From NCBI GenBank assembly GCA_018710905.1, contig DVIZ01000074.1:3142-67141 (forward strand): DNA of 64,000 bases. The letters are read 5' to 3'. This document shows, one piece after another, positions 1 to 9,782 of this stretch. The notes under the pieces were generated by a model. It made no database searches. It was not told the DNA's origin and saw only the letters and a program-made list of their open reading frames with translations. Origin of the DNA: Candidatus Scybalomonas excrementigallinarum. Lineage in GTDB: Bacteria; Bacillota; Clostridia; Lachnospirales; Lachnospiraceae. The translations under genes and the position numbers were made by a program. Position 1 is the stretch's first letter. Each line of letters begins with the position of its first letter.

Positions 1-61
1 GAAATAACAATTTTCTTATATGACCTATTTTTCACAAAACGAATGGATAGGAGTGACCATT

Positions 62-1189
62 ATGGAAAAAAGAAACTTTGATAAACTCGGAATAGAAACT
101 TCTCTTCTTGGCTTTGGTTGTATGCGTTTTCCTACAACGAAAACAGGGGAGATTGATGAAGTAGAGGCAGAAAAAATGCTTGATTATGCCATTTCTCACG
201 GCGTTAACTACATCGATACTGCATACCCATACCATCAAAAAATGAGTGAGCCTTTTGTTGGAAAAGTATTAAATAAATATCCTAGAGATTCTTATTACTT
301 AGCGACAAAGCTCCCTTGTTGGGATTTAGATTCTATCGATTATGCAAAAGAAATGTTTGAAAACCAGAGAAAACGATTGGATAAAGATTTTTTTGACTTT
401 TATCTTCTTCATGCACTGAATAAAGATACTTGGAAAAAAGTTCGAGAGCTTGGCGTAGTGGAATACCTCCATTCCTTAAAAGAAGAAGGAAAAATTCGAT
501 TTTTAGGATTTTCTTTTCACGATGATTATGAAGTGTTTGAAGAGATTATTTCCTATTATCCTTGGGATTTTTGCCAAATTCAATTAAATTATATGGATAC
601 CGAAGAACAAGCAGGATTAAAAGGATATGAACTTACCGAGCGACTAGGAATCCCTCTTATTATTATGGAACCTGTAAAAGGTGGTTCTCTTGCCGTTCTT
701 CCAGATGATATTAGCACAATTTTTAAAAACATTCGCCCTGAAAAAAGCATCTCTTCTTGGGCACTTCGATATGTTGGAAGTCTTCCAAATGTAAAAGTTA
801 TTTTAAGCGGAATGTCTACAATGGAGCAAGTAAAAGACAATCTTTCTACCTTTGAAACTTTTGAGCCATTGAGCCAAAGAGAGCAAGACGCAGTTCTTGA
901 AGTAACGACGACGATTAAGAGCCGTTTACAAAATGGATGTACTTCTTGTAAATACTGTATGCCATGTCCAGCTGGCGTCAATATTCCGCAAAACTTCTCT
1001 ATTTGGAATCACTATCATATGTATGGAAATGAGGAGCTTACAAAAAATAAAATCGAAACATCTTTGCCAGCAGAAGCAAGGGCGGATCTTTGTGTGCAAT
1101 GTGGAAAATGTGAGACTGTCTGTCCTCAAAAGCTATCCATTCGTGAGGACTTAAAACGAGTAACAAACGATTTAAAACAATTTTTCTAA
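62..1189 (+). CDS. aldo/keto reductase family oxidoreductase with C-terminal 4Fe-4S ferredoxin-type domain
   Basis: Track ORF 20..1189. The internal ATG at 62 (MEKRNFDKLG...) has a GGAG upstream. The N-terminus (LGFGCMRFP, YIDTAYPY) is AKR-like. The C-terminus has CxxCxxC...CP and CVQCGKCETVCP cluster motifs. Confidence 0.8.
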   Translation: MEKRNFDKLGIETSLLGFGCMRFPTTKTGEIDEVEAEKMLDYAISHGVNYIDTAYPYHQKMSEPFVGKVLNKYPRDSYYLATKLPCWDLDSIDYAKEMFENQRKRLDKDFFDFYLLHALNKDTWKKVRELGVVEYLHSLKEEGKIRFLGFSFHDDYEVFEEIISYYPWDFCQIQLNYMDTEEQAGLKGYELTERLGIPLIIMEPVKGGSLAVLPDDISTIFKNIRPEKSISSWALRYVGSLPNVKVILSGMSTMEQVKDNLSTFETFEPLSQREQDAVLEVTTTIKSRLQNGCTSCKYCMPCPAGVNIPQNFSIWNHYHMYGNEELTKNKIETSLPAEARADLCVQCGKCETVCPQKLSIREDLKRVTNDLKQFF

Positions 1190-1237
1190 TTCCATAGCAT
1201 ATTCGAACTTTATTTATAAAACACAGAGGAGATTTTT

Positions 1238-1861
1238 ATGCTATTATATTTAACACGTCACGGACAAACTAACTGGAATCTTATAAAAAGACTTCAAGGA
1301 CAATCCGACATTCCATTAAATGACCATGGAATGATGACCGCAAAACTTACAGGGGAACAATTAAAAAGTGTTCCCTTCACAAGAGCCTTATCCAGTCCTT
1401 TGAAAAGAGCTTATAAAACATGTGAACTGATTTTAGAAAATCGTCCCATTCCAATCGAAAAAGAACCAGATCTTATGGAGATTTCTTTTGGTGATTATGA
1501 AGGTTACTGCGCAACCGGCGAACCAATTGTCATACCAAATCCTGAATTTTATGATAACTTCTTCCATCACCCAGAACAATATGTAGCCCCACCAAATGGG
1601 GAATCTTTCGAGATGTTAAGAAAGCGTGCTCGCCGTTTTCTAAACAAATTAGTAAATAAAACAGAATGGAAAGATGACATTATTCTAGCAACTGCTCATG
1701 GCACCATTATTTGTGCCATTCTTGCCGAGTTACATAACTACGATATAACTCACTTTTGGGGCAAAGGTGTTCCTCGAAACTGTAGTATTACAACCATTCG
1801 TTTTGAAAATGGAACAATTACTATCGAAGAAGAAGACAAAGTATTATTTACTTTAAAGTAA
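1238..1861 (+). CDS. histidine phosphatase family protein (phosphoglycerate mutase-like)
   Basis: RHG motif (LTRHGQTNWN) and a second catalytic His (TAHGTII). GAGGAG Shine-Dalgarno lies 7 nt upstream. Confidence 0.8.
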   Translation: MLLYLTRHGQTNWNLIKRLQGQSDIPLNDHGMMTAKLTGEQLKSVPFTRALSSPLKRAYKTCELILENRPIPIEKEPDLMEISFGDYEGYCATGEPIVIPNPEFYDNFFHHPEQYVAPPNGESFEMLRKRARRFLNKLVNKTEWKDDIILATAHGTIICAILAELHNYDITHFWGKGVPRNCSITTIRFENGTITIEEEDKVLFTLK

Positions 1862-1896
1862 TAGGATAACTGGCTGAGCAAGGAATTTCCTATAAC
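1861..1896. repeat. 36-nt nested-hairpin repeat, copy 1 (diverged inner stem)
   Basis: ATAGGATAACTGGCTGAGCAAGGAATTTCCTATAAC. The outer arms ATAGGA/TCCTAT are shared with the copies at 18957..18993 and 58931..58966. It abuts an A-tract and a terminator hairpin. Confidence 0.6.
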
Positions 1897-1942
1897 AAAA
1901 AAACGATGAGAAACCGTTTTTATGTGTTTCTCACCGTTTTTT
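1897..1942. terminator. bidirectional intrinsic terminator between convergent genes
   Basis: A-tract, then stem CGATGAGAAAC / GTTTCTCACCG, then T-tract. Confidence 0.7.
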
Positions 1943-1953
1943 CTTTTTACAGA

Positions 1954-2427
1954 TTACATAATAATGTCTTCAAATTTTGCTCGAATTAAGTCTGCCAACG
2001 CCGTTGGCTCTATCTCTACTTGATATCCAATTTTTCCACCACTAACAATCATTGTCGTTTGTTCTTCTGCGGATTTATGAATCACCGTCTGAAACTGTTT
2101 CTTCATGCCAATTGGACTACAGCCTCCACGAATATAACCAGTTACACTATTTAAATCCTTTACATGAAGCATCTCTACTGATTTTTCACCAACGGATTTT
2201 GCAGCTGCTTTTAAATTTAATTCTTCTGCTACTGGAATAACAAATACAAAATACTGTTTGCTCTTTCCTTGTGTTACAAGAGTTTTAAACACTTGCTCTA
2301 ATGGCTGGCCAAGTTTTTGCGCAACAGAAACTCCATCAATTCCATCCTCACAGTCGTATGTATACATCGTATATGGAATTTTCTTTTTATCCAAAATTCG
2401 CATTACATTCGTTTTATTTTCTGCCAT
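1954..2427 (-). CDS. ybaK: Cys-tRNA(Pro)/Cys-tRNA(Cys) deacylase YbaK
   Basis: Length and sequence match the YbaK/EbsC type (MRILDKKKIPY..., GGCSPIG). The ATG at 2427 follows GAGAGGTG; the track GTG start at 2436 overlaps that SD. Confidence 0.8.
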   Translation of the reverse strand: MAENKTNVMRILDKKKIPYTMYTYDCEDGIDGVSVAQKLGQPLEQVFKTLVTQGKSKQYFVFVIPVAEELNLKAAAKSVGEKSVEMLHVKDLNSVTGYIRGGCSPIGMKKQFQTVIHKSAEEQTTMIVSGGKIGYQVEIEPTALADLIRAKFEDIIM

Positions 2428-2503
2428 TGAAAACACCTCTCATTTCTTCTCTTTCTTTTTATCCTTCTCTAAGCAGTCCCTTTTCTAAATTCCATCTATT
2501 CTA

Positions 2504-3094
2504 TTAAGAAAATGTGATTTCTACTTCGTAATTTCCATTTACTGTCATAGGATATACTAGATTTTTGATTAAAAGTTCTGCTTGTTGTTCTGCTTGTTTT
2601 AATAATTCCGTCTCATCGATTCTTGCTGTTGCATCTTCTTTTGCCAATTGTAATGCTTTCACGGTATCCTGTTTATCATCCCAATTAAATAGACTATTTT
2701 TTTCATCATAAAATTCTAATGTATCTGGATTAATTACAATCTCTTGTATTTTTGCCTTTGGAAGAGTTACCTTCACTTTCTTCCCTGTCACCTGAATCTT
2801 TGCTTGCTCCATATCAATTCCTGCTTTAACACTAGCATCATAAAGCATCGTATAACTTTTCTTATTGATGAAAGTAATCGTTCCTTCTTCATAACGAATC
2901 ATTCCGCGATATTGTAACTGGCTTGTTGTTAAATCACTCATATTTTGAAGTTGACTTGTGATCACTGAAGTTGTCACTGTTGGCTCCTTTTTCGCCTCAA
3001 TTAATTTGACCGACAGCACGCCAACAGCAATTAATGCAATAATGCAAACAAACGACATAATTACAACAATTTTATTCCCTAGTTTTTCTCTCAT
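2504..3094 (-). CDS. membrane-anchored DUF4230-like protein
   Basis: Single N-terminal TM helix followed by a soluble domain of about 160 aa. AAGGAG SD. The family assignment is from memory only. Confidence 0.5.
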   Translation of the reverse strand: MREKLGNKIVVIMSFVCIIALIAVGVLSVKLIEAKKEPTVTTSVITSQLQNMSDLTTSQLQYRGMIRYEEGTITFINKKSYTMLYDASVKAGIDMEQAKIQVTGKKVKVTLPKAKIQEIVINPDTLEFYDEKNSLFNWDDKQDTVKALQLAKEDATARIDETELLKQAEQQAELLIKNLVYPMTVNGNYEVEITFS

Positions 3095-3114
3095 CGATTG
3101 CTCCTTTACTCTTT

Positions 3115-3705
3115 TTATCTTCCTTGTGCTAACATCATATAGAGCTGATTTTTCAATGCTTCCTCTTTCTCAAATCGACCGCGGAACGTCGTTGTTACAG
3201 TCGTTGCGGCTGATTTTTTAATCCCTCTTGCGCTCATACAGCTATGGCATCCTTTGATAATAACTGCCACATCTTGTGACTTGGTCGCTTCCATCATCAC
3301 TTCTGCTAAATCCGTTCCTATTCGTTCTTGTAATTGTAGTCGCTTTGCAACCATCTCTGCCATACGAGCAATTTTACTAAGACCAATTACTTGTCCATTT
3401 GGAATATATGCTACGGATACTTTCATATCATACATAAGAGCCAAATGATGCTCACAATAACTAAAAATATCAATATCTCTTACAAGAACTATATCTTTCC
3501 CAGCACTCTCATCCTCTTGTTCAAACATTTTAGAAAACATCTGCGCAATTTCGTGATTGCTATAATTCATTCCTTCAAATACTTCTTCATACATTTTTGC
3601 CACACGCTTTGGAGTCTCTTTTAACCCCTCTCGTTCTGGATCATCACCAAGTGCAATCAAAAGCCCTCGAATATGCTCCTCCACAGCTTTTGTATCAATT
3701 GCCAT
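3115..3705 (-). CDS. folE: GTP cyclohydrolase I
   Basis: Conserved FSYCEHHL and HSCM(S)ARG zinc/active-site motifs. Length is typical at 196 aa. Confidence 0.9.
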   Translation of the reverse strand: MAIDTKAVEEHIRGLLIALGDDPEREGLKETPKRVAKMYEEVFEGMNYSNHEIAQMFSKMFEQEDESAGKDIVLVRDIDIFSYCEHHLALMYDMKVSVAYIPNGQVIGLSKIARMAEMVAKRLQLQERIGTDLAEVMMEATKSQDVAVIIKGCHSCMSARGIKKSAATTVTTTFRGRFEKEEALKNQLYMMLAQGR

Positions 3706-3789
3706 TTTATCACCTTCTTATAATTTTTAATCCTAATCTGTTCTATGAAAATATATCACGGAATTGAAAGAGCGTCAACGTTCCAATCC

Positions 3790-4410
3790 TTACAGTTTCT
3801 TTAACTCATATAACAATTCTTCCATCGTTTGAAACCGATGTTCGGGCCTTTTTGCCACGCATTTCTTTAAAATTTTTTGTATCGAAAACCAATGCCATTT
3901 CATGGGCATTTGTAAAAAAGTAGCCCCAAATCCATAAATATCCGTTCTCTCATCTAATGATTCTCCCCCTACCTGTTCTGGCGCACAATAGCTTTTTGTT
4001 CCATAACGAATTGCGGGTGCTTCTTTTAATAAAAAACACGCATGATTAAAATCGATTAAATAAATACGTCCTTCTTTGTCAACCATCAAATTTTCTGGTT
4101 TACAATCACACCAAAGAATTGCTGGACGTTGACTATGTAAATAAGAAATTCCTTTTGCTGTTTCTTTTAACCAATACAGCCACTCTTCCCGTTTTAACTC
4201 TCTTTTATTACTCAGTTCTAATAAGGTTTCCCCTTGTATTTTTTCCATTAAAAGAAAAGCTCTATCTTCGAATTCTTCATATCGATAAACTTTCGGAAAA
4301 TAAGAATGTTGCTGTTTTGCTCCCTGTTCTAACTGTTTGAGTATCTGATACTCCTTTTTTATTTCTTCTTTTTTTCCTATTTTTTGGAATATTCCCTTTG
4401 TGTGTTCCAA
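3790..4410 (-). CDS. truncated Hanks-type protein-kinase-like protein (C-lobe only)
   Basis: Catalytic-loop-like CDCKPENLMV, DFN in place of DFG, and an APE motif (YCAPEQ). No Gly-rich loop or VAIK region is present. The start is TTG and is preceded by a GGGGGGAAGGGA purine run. Confidence 0.55.
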   Translation of the reverse strand: MEHTKGIFQKIGKKEEIKKEYQILKQLEQGAKQQHSYFPKVYRYEEFEDRAFLLMEKIQGETLLELSNKRELKREEWLYWLKETAKGISYLHSQRPAILWCDCKPENLMVDKEGRIYLIDFNHACFLLKEAPAIRYGTKSYCAPEQVGGESLDERTDIYGFGATFLQMPMKWHWFSIQKILKKCVAKRPEHRFQTMEELLYELKKL

Positions 4411-4505
4411 TCCCTTCCCCCCAGTTATCTATTATCTTCTATCTTTTTTATATTTTTACTGCCTTTTGTATTTTTATTATGGTATAAAATCCTATTGTTG
4501 TATAG

Positions 4506-4556
4506 AAAAAATCCCATAAAGACCAGTGGGTATGATTGGTCCTTATGGGAATTTTT
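4506..4556 (-). terminator. intrinsic terminator downstream of the cell-wall hydrolase gene
   Basis: Stem of about 14 bp (TCCCATAAAGACCA / TGGTCCTTATGGGA, one mismatch), flanked by an A-tract and a T-tract. Confidence 0.75.
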
Positions 4557-4703
4557 CAAAAGAGGGTTCTCTTTATTAGGATAGGGGTGTCAAATCATCA
4601 TTTGACTATCTTGATTATAACAAACTATCTGTTAAGTTTGTGTATATAAAACAATGTTTTTTGTAAAGAATATATAAAGATTTTTCCTTTTTTTGGATAA
4701 CTA

Positions 4704-5351
4704 TCAATTGCGTTCTTTGAAAAATTCATGGCCTCCATAGGAAAATAAATATTCTAAATTATTATCAAACCATCTCATATTCTCTTCTGTAGAATATTTT
4801 CGATTGGCAAAATAAAGCGCTCCTTTTGAATCATCTTGTCCTAATAGCGCTTGTTTTACCCCTTGTCTTGTTTCCTTAGTAATGACGACAGAATAATATC
4901 TCCCATCTGCAATTGGTGAAAACTGGGTACAAGAACGACTTCTTTGAAAAACAACTTGTTCAATCGTATCTGGAAATTGTTTACTCTTCACACGATTTAA
5001 AATTACATTCGCCACAATCTGTTTGCTCTTTACATCCTGCCCAGTCGTTTCGGCTTCTACAATTCTTAATAAAATACGATATTCTTTTTTTGAAATCGTT
5101 TGTCGATATACTGCTCTCGTTGTTTTTTGTTTTTTTCCTTCCAATCGATGGATTTCTTCTCCTACTTCTGTATTCGGTTTTCCTGCTGTTCGTCTTTGCG
5201 GAATTGGAATCGCTTCTTTTTCTCTTCCTTGAACGCCTGTCATTTCTCCTTCTAATATAATAAGAAAAAGAGCTACCACAACTGTACTAATTGTTAATAC
5301 CCGATAGCCCCTCTTCCATAATTTTTGATTTTGTAAAAGCTTTTTGAGCAT
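4704..5351 (-). CDS. membrane-anchored cell wall hydrolase (SleB/Hydrolase_2-like)
   Basis: N-terminal TM helix. The C-terminal domain carries VANVILNRVKS...FPDTIEQVVFQ...QFSP, as in SleB-type lytic enzymes. Confidence 0.7.
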   Translation of the reverse strand: MLKKLLQNQKLWKRGYRVLTISTVVVALFLIILEGEMTGVQGREKEAIPIPQRRTAGKPNTEVGEEIHRLEGKKQKTTRAVYRQTISKKEYRILLRIVEAETTGQDVKSKQIVANVILNRVKSKQFPDTIEQVVFQRSRSCTQFSPIADGRYYSVVITKETRQGVKQALLGQDDSKGALYFANRKYSTEENMRWFDNNLEYLFSYGGHEFFKERN

Positions 5352-5439
5352 ATAGTCACTCCTTTTTCGCTATTTTATTATTCACTATATGCTATTTTTT
5401 AATTTTTTATTCCTTTTCTTTTACAAATCTATTTCAATT

Positions 5440-6411
5440 CTATGAATTTTTTCCTTTTTTTACCGTATCTCTTCTTTTTCTCTTAAAATTTTGTTTTTCT
5501 TTTTTTCGTCTTCCACTCCGTAATGGATTTAAAATCCAACTGGATATGATTAAAAAAGAAAACGCAATGCACAACTGAACAATAATACTTACAGCCAGCC
5601 AGCTCTGCTCTGCAAAGGCATCGATTCTTCCTCCTACGGATACCCCAAAAAGCTCTGGTAGCAAAGCACTAACTCCAGCTCCACCGGAACTCTTTTCCAT
5701 AAAATCAAAAAAGAGTATCATCGGATTTACTAATAATCCTAACGCCCCCCATCGAATATCAGGGGGTGTTCCAATATATCCATTATTGACACTATCATAG
5801 AAAAACGCTTTCCAAAGATGATCTATCATTGGGAGGATGAAAATAGTGCCAACAATAACAAAAATAAGAAACAAAAATGTGAGTCCAATAGCAACCGGAG
5901 TCTTTTTCACAAGTGTTGAAAAAAAGATACCTGCACTTCCTGCATAGATTCCAATGACAATAATGAGCAATAGAAAATATAACATATATTCCCAGTCCAT
6001 TCCGCCAAAAATAAAAGCTGTTGATAAAATTGGGATACTGGATATGACAAGAATACAAACGGTGCACATCGATGCCATCAACTTTCCTGACACAATCTGA
6101 AAAGGGCGAATGGACGTGGATAACATAATATCTAATGTCTGTCTCTCGCGTTCTCCTGTTATGGAACTAGCAGTAAATATTGGAACCATAAAACATACTA
6201 ACACACATTGTATCCAACCAAGAATCTGAAAAATTCCGATTAACTCTCCATATTCCACTGTGAATCCGCTTTCATATTGCCTTTGGATTCCTGATAGAGA
6301 AAGAATGGAAACACAGGACAAAACAAGGTTATATACCATTAAAACGAGAGGGAGTTTTATCGTTCTTGCATTTAATTTCAATTCTTTACTTAAAATTGGA
6401 TTGATTTTCAT
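5440..6411 (-). CDS. ABC-2 type transporter permease
   Basis: Six or more hydrophobic helices. Overlaps the upstream ATPase gene by 26 nt. Confidence 0.7.
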   Translation of the reverse strand: MKINPILSKELKLNARTIKLPLVLMVYNLVLSCVSILSLSGIQRQYESGFTVEYGELIGIFQILGWIQCVLVCFMVPIFTASSITGERERQTLDIMLSTSIRPFQIVSGKLMASMCTVCILVISSIPILSTAFIFGGMDWEYMLYFLLLIIVIGIYAGSAGIFFSTLVKKTPVAIGLTFLFLIFVIVGTIFILPMIDHLWKAFFYDSVNNGYIGTPPDIRWGALGLLVNPMILFFDFMEKSSGGAGVSALLPELFGVSVGGRIDAFAEQSWLAVSIIVQLCIAFSFLIISSWILNPLRSGRRKKEKQNFKRKRRDTVKKGKNS

Positions 6412-7339
6412 GTTCTCCCTCTCCTTCTTCTGTTAATGTCATAAACAATTCTTCTAAATCGCCTCTTTCTCTTACAAAACTATTGATATCGGCACCACCT
6501 TCAATAAGACTACGAAGTAACTTTGCCTCTTCTTCTTCTGTGCCTTTAAAACTTAGCTTGAGACAATCCTGTAAAATCGAAACTCTTTCTACTTTTGGAT
6601 TTTCTTTTAACAGACGTAAAACTTTTTCTTTTCCAGCATATACTTGTATTTTTAATGTATTCTTTTCTTTTACCTGCATTAAAACATTATCAATAGAACC
6701 ATATACGAGAAGCTTTCCCCGATCCATAATGCCAACAGTCGTACAAATTTCTGCTAGTTCCTGTAAAATATGAGAACTAACGACAATCGTTTTTTCAAAT
6801 TGTTTTAAACTTTTTAAAATTTCTTTCATCCCATGTCGTGCCCTTGGATCTAGCCCCGATGCTGGTTCATCTAAAATCAATACTTCTGGATTATGAACCA
6901 TACTTCGAGCAAGGCAAAGTCTTTGTTTCATTCCTCTTGAAAGTCCATCCACATAGCTATTTTCTTTCTCTAATAAATCCACGATTTCAAGCATTTCTCT
7001 GGCTCGTCGTTTGCCTTCTTTTCCAACAATGCCATACATAGAGGCATAAAATTCAATATATTCAATGACTTTAAGATTTTCATAGACTCCAAAAAAATCT
7101 GGCATATATCCTATTTTCTGTTTTATTTTATTTTCATTTTTTCTCGCATTAATTCCATCAATCCAAATTTCACCACTGGTTTCTTTTAAAAGACCAGCAG
7201 CTATTTTCATAGTGGTTGTCTTTCCTGCTCCATTTGGACCAACAAAGCCAAAAATTTCACCTTTTTGAATGTCTAAATCAAGATGGTCTACTGCTAAAAA
7301 GTCGCCATAATATTTACATAACTGCTTAATTTTTAACAT
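6386..7339 (-). CDS. ABC transporter ATP-binding protein
   Basis: Walker A GPNGAGKTT, signature LSRGMKQRL and Walker B LILDEPASGLD. Confidence 0.9.
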   Translation of the reverse strand: MLKIKQLCKYYGDFLAVDHLDLDIQKGEIFGFVGPNGAGKTTTMKIAAGLLKETSGEIWIDGINARKNENKIKQKIGYMPDFFGVYENLKVIEYIEFYASMYGIVGKEGKRRAREMLEIVDLLEKENSYVDGLSRGMKQRLCLARSMVHNPEVLILDEPASGLDPRARHGMKEILKSLKQFEKTIVVSSHILQELAEICTTVGIMDRGKLLVYGSIDNVLMQVKEKNTLKIQVYAGKEKVLRLLKENPKVERVSILQDCLKLSFKGTEEEEAKLLRSLIEGGADINSFVRERGDLEELFMTLTEEGEGEHENQSNFK

Positions 7340-9782
7340 CTTTATCCACCTCCATTCCAGACACGGATATCATCGGAAGCTCTGTCCAGTCAGAAGATGC
7401 CTTAAATTTTATTCTCATTCTATTTTCTACAATATAGCTTTCTACCTGTTTCGATGTCAACTGTTTGGAATCCGTAAACACTCTCTCATATCGTTTCTTT
7501 TTATAATTCCACATAAAAATGCGAAGTCCATTTTTCTTAAATGACTCCTCGTTTGTAAGAGCAGAAGTCCATACCTTTTTCATATCATAATCAGAATCAA
7601 ACTCATACTCCACTTCATCTATTTTGTTATAGAGACAATTATCATAGGCACTAAAATTATAATTGCTTGTATATACGACATTATCCGAAATATTTTGCAC
7701 ATAATAATCGCCTGCATCTTCTGGCATTTGTTTAAAGGATTCATAAAAAAATGCTTTTCCCATTTCTGCAATCGATTCCGTTTCAACATAATCTTGTTGA
7801 TACTGTTCGGTAAGCCCAAATAAATATCCTGTTCCCGTTTCCATATCCTCAAAATGGCTTCCAAAGAAACTACAAAGATTGAGCATTTGGTATTTTCTTG
7901 CTCTTTCTTCTCTTGTACGATCCGGCATCTGTCCTGCAATCACATTTGCAATGGAATACGCATTGGTTCTTTGAATTTTTATTATGTCGTTTGAAGAAAT
8001 GCTTACTGTCTCTCCATTTTTCATATTACCTAAAGGCACATACATTCCATTATAGATCATTCCAGCTTCCACGAGATCATACCCCGTATGATTTGTTATC
8101 GTCCCTTCAATCTGATCTACTGTCAGTGTAAGTTCTTTTTCAAATCCTGTTTCTTTTTGTTTTTCTTCTCGATCCATTGTGAATATTTCCGAAGAAAATG
8201 CCTTGTTTTTTTCAATGGAAAGAGTCGTTTCTTCCTCTTCCTCTTGGATCGAATAAGCAATAGCATCTAAGTTATTTTCATCTTCTCCATAGGAATAAAA
8301 TTCTCTTAATGGCATTATTTTTTTCAGACTAGAGTCTAACGTAGCTGTATAAGCTTTTTTCCCTGGATTCAATAGGGATAAATATACTTTTTCTTTCCAT
8401 GTATCACTTCCTGTATCAATTAACGTCATTGTAGTAGCAATTGGATTATGAAGCCTTGATCCAGAACTCATAAGAAAAATAAAACCATTAAAGACAACCG
8501 CAGACACTGGAATCAGTACCCAAATCCATCCTCTTTTATCCAATCGTTTTAAAATAAAATAACCGATCGGTCCAATAATTAGGATATAAATGGTAAATAA
8601 AATAATATAATAAATGGTCTTTGGAAAAGAAATATTCCCATAAGACTGAAGTGCCTTTTGAATATCTTCTGTATAAACACCACCCATATAAACATTTCTT
8701 AAATAATTTTCAATGGTCTCACTTAATGTCTTTTGAAAAAGAGTCTGTGCAAATTCGATTTTATCTTTCCACATATCCATATCATTACTGCCCAAATCAA
8801 AATCCATTACGATAACATTTCCATTTCCTTTTTCTATTTTCCAAATGTTACCACCTTTTATAATTCCTTTTATTTCCACACCATCTTTTATTACTAACGA
8901 AGAACCATCAACAACAATTTCTTGGCTATTTTTATTTTTGGCATAAGTAATTTTCTTTTTTTGGCTTCCTTTTATTTCCACATTTAAATATCCATCCAAA
9001 AATCCACGAAATGTCTCTTCTGCCTTATCTCCAGCACTGATTAAAAGCACTCCACCTTGTTTCACCCATTCTTTTATAGCCTCCACTTGTTTTTTGGATA
9101 ACTTTCCTGTGTCAAACTGGTTGATAATTAAAAATCCCATTCCACTAAGGGAAGCCGTATCTTCTGGAAAATTCTTTTTTGTCAACGATACAATTTTTGA
9201 ATACATGCCATATCGTTCTTGAATAATTGCACCATCAAAGTAATTTACGGAACTAATATTATCAGATAAAACACCAGTAATCATCTGATTTTGGCTTTCT
9301 CCAATATTACTTCCTGTTTGAATCTGTTTTTGGATTTTTACTTCTTCTCCTTCTATCAGTTCTACTTTAAATTGCGAAAAATTACCTAGGCTAGGAACTT
9401 GTATGGAGATAGTCTTACTCCCATTTTGTGGCACTATAACATTCTTTTTATAGGCAACGCCTTTTTCCTTTTCCTCCGTTGGCAATATTATAGTAGCAAT
9501 TCCGTCAAACTTCTTTCCTTTATTCATAATCTTTAAATTCACTGGTGTCCAAGCTTCTCCAGTAATGACTCCATTTAATCCATAAGTAATCTGTACTTTT
9601 AATCCATTTCCCTCCACATTAATCAAGTTACTTCCTTTTAAGACATTATCCTCTAAATCGTTCTCTTCTACCGATTGTAAAGGAGTGCCACTCTCTTCAG
9701 AAGATGAGCTTTTAGAACAAGATGTAAATATCATAAGAATAGAAAATACTATCATTATGACTATTTTTTTCTTCTTTTTCAT
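7326..9782 (-). CDS. 818-aa lipoprotein with two central TM helices; function unknown
   Basis: Lipobox (IFTSC). An N-terminal domain of about 370 aa is followed by two TM helices (about residues 385-440) and a C-terminal domain of about 380 aa. Overlaps both neighbouring genes. Confidence 0.6.
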   Translation of the reverse strand: MKKKKKIVIMIVFSILMIFTSCSKSSSSEESGTPLQSVEENDLEDNVLKGSNLINVEGNGLKVQITYGLNGVITGEAWTPVNLKIMNKGKKFDGIATIILPTEEKEKGVAYKKNVIVPQNGSKTISIQVPSLGNFSQFKVELIEGEEVKIQKQIQTGSNIGESQNQMITGVLSDNISSVNYFDGAIIQERYGMYSKIVSLTKKNFPEDTASLSGMGFLIINQFDTGKLSKKQVEAIKEWVKQGGVLLISAGDKAEETFRGFLDGYLNVEIKGSQKKKITYAKNKNSQEIVVDGSSLVIKDGVEIKGIIKGGNIWKIEKGNGNVIVMDFDLGSNDMDMWKDKIEFAQTLFQKTLSETIENYLRNVYMGGVYTEDIQKALQSYGNISFPKTIYYIILFTIYILIIGPIGYFILKRLDKRGWIWVLIPVSAVVFNGFIFLMSSGSRLHNPIATTMTLIDTGSDTWKEKVYLSLLNPGKKAYTATLDSSLKKIMPLREFYSYGEDENNLDAIAYSIQEEEEETTLSIEKNKAFSSEIFTMDREEKQKETGFEKELTLTVDQIEGTITNHTGYDLVEAGMIYNGMYVPLGNMKNGETVSISSNDIIKIQRTNAYSIANVIAGQMPDRTREERARKYQMLNLCSFFGSHFEDMETGTGYLFGLTEQYQQDYVETESIAEMGKAFFYESFKQMPEDAGDYYVQNISDNVVYTSNYNFSAYDNCLYNKIDEVEYEFDSDYDMKKVWTSALTNEESFKKNGLRIFMWNYKKKRYERVFTDSKQLTSKQVESYIVENRMRIKFKASSDWTELPMISVSGMEVDKDVKN

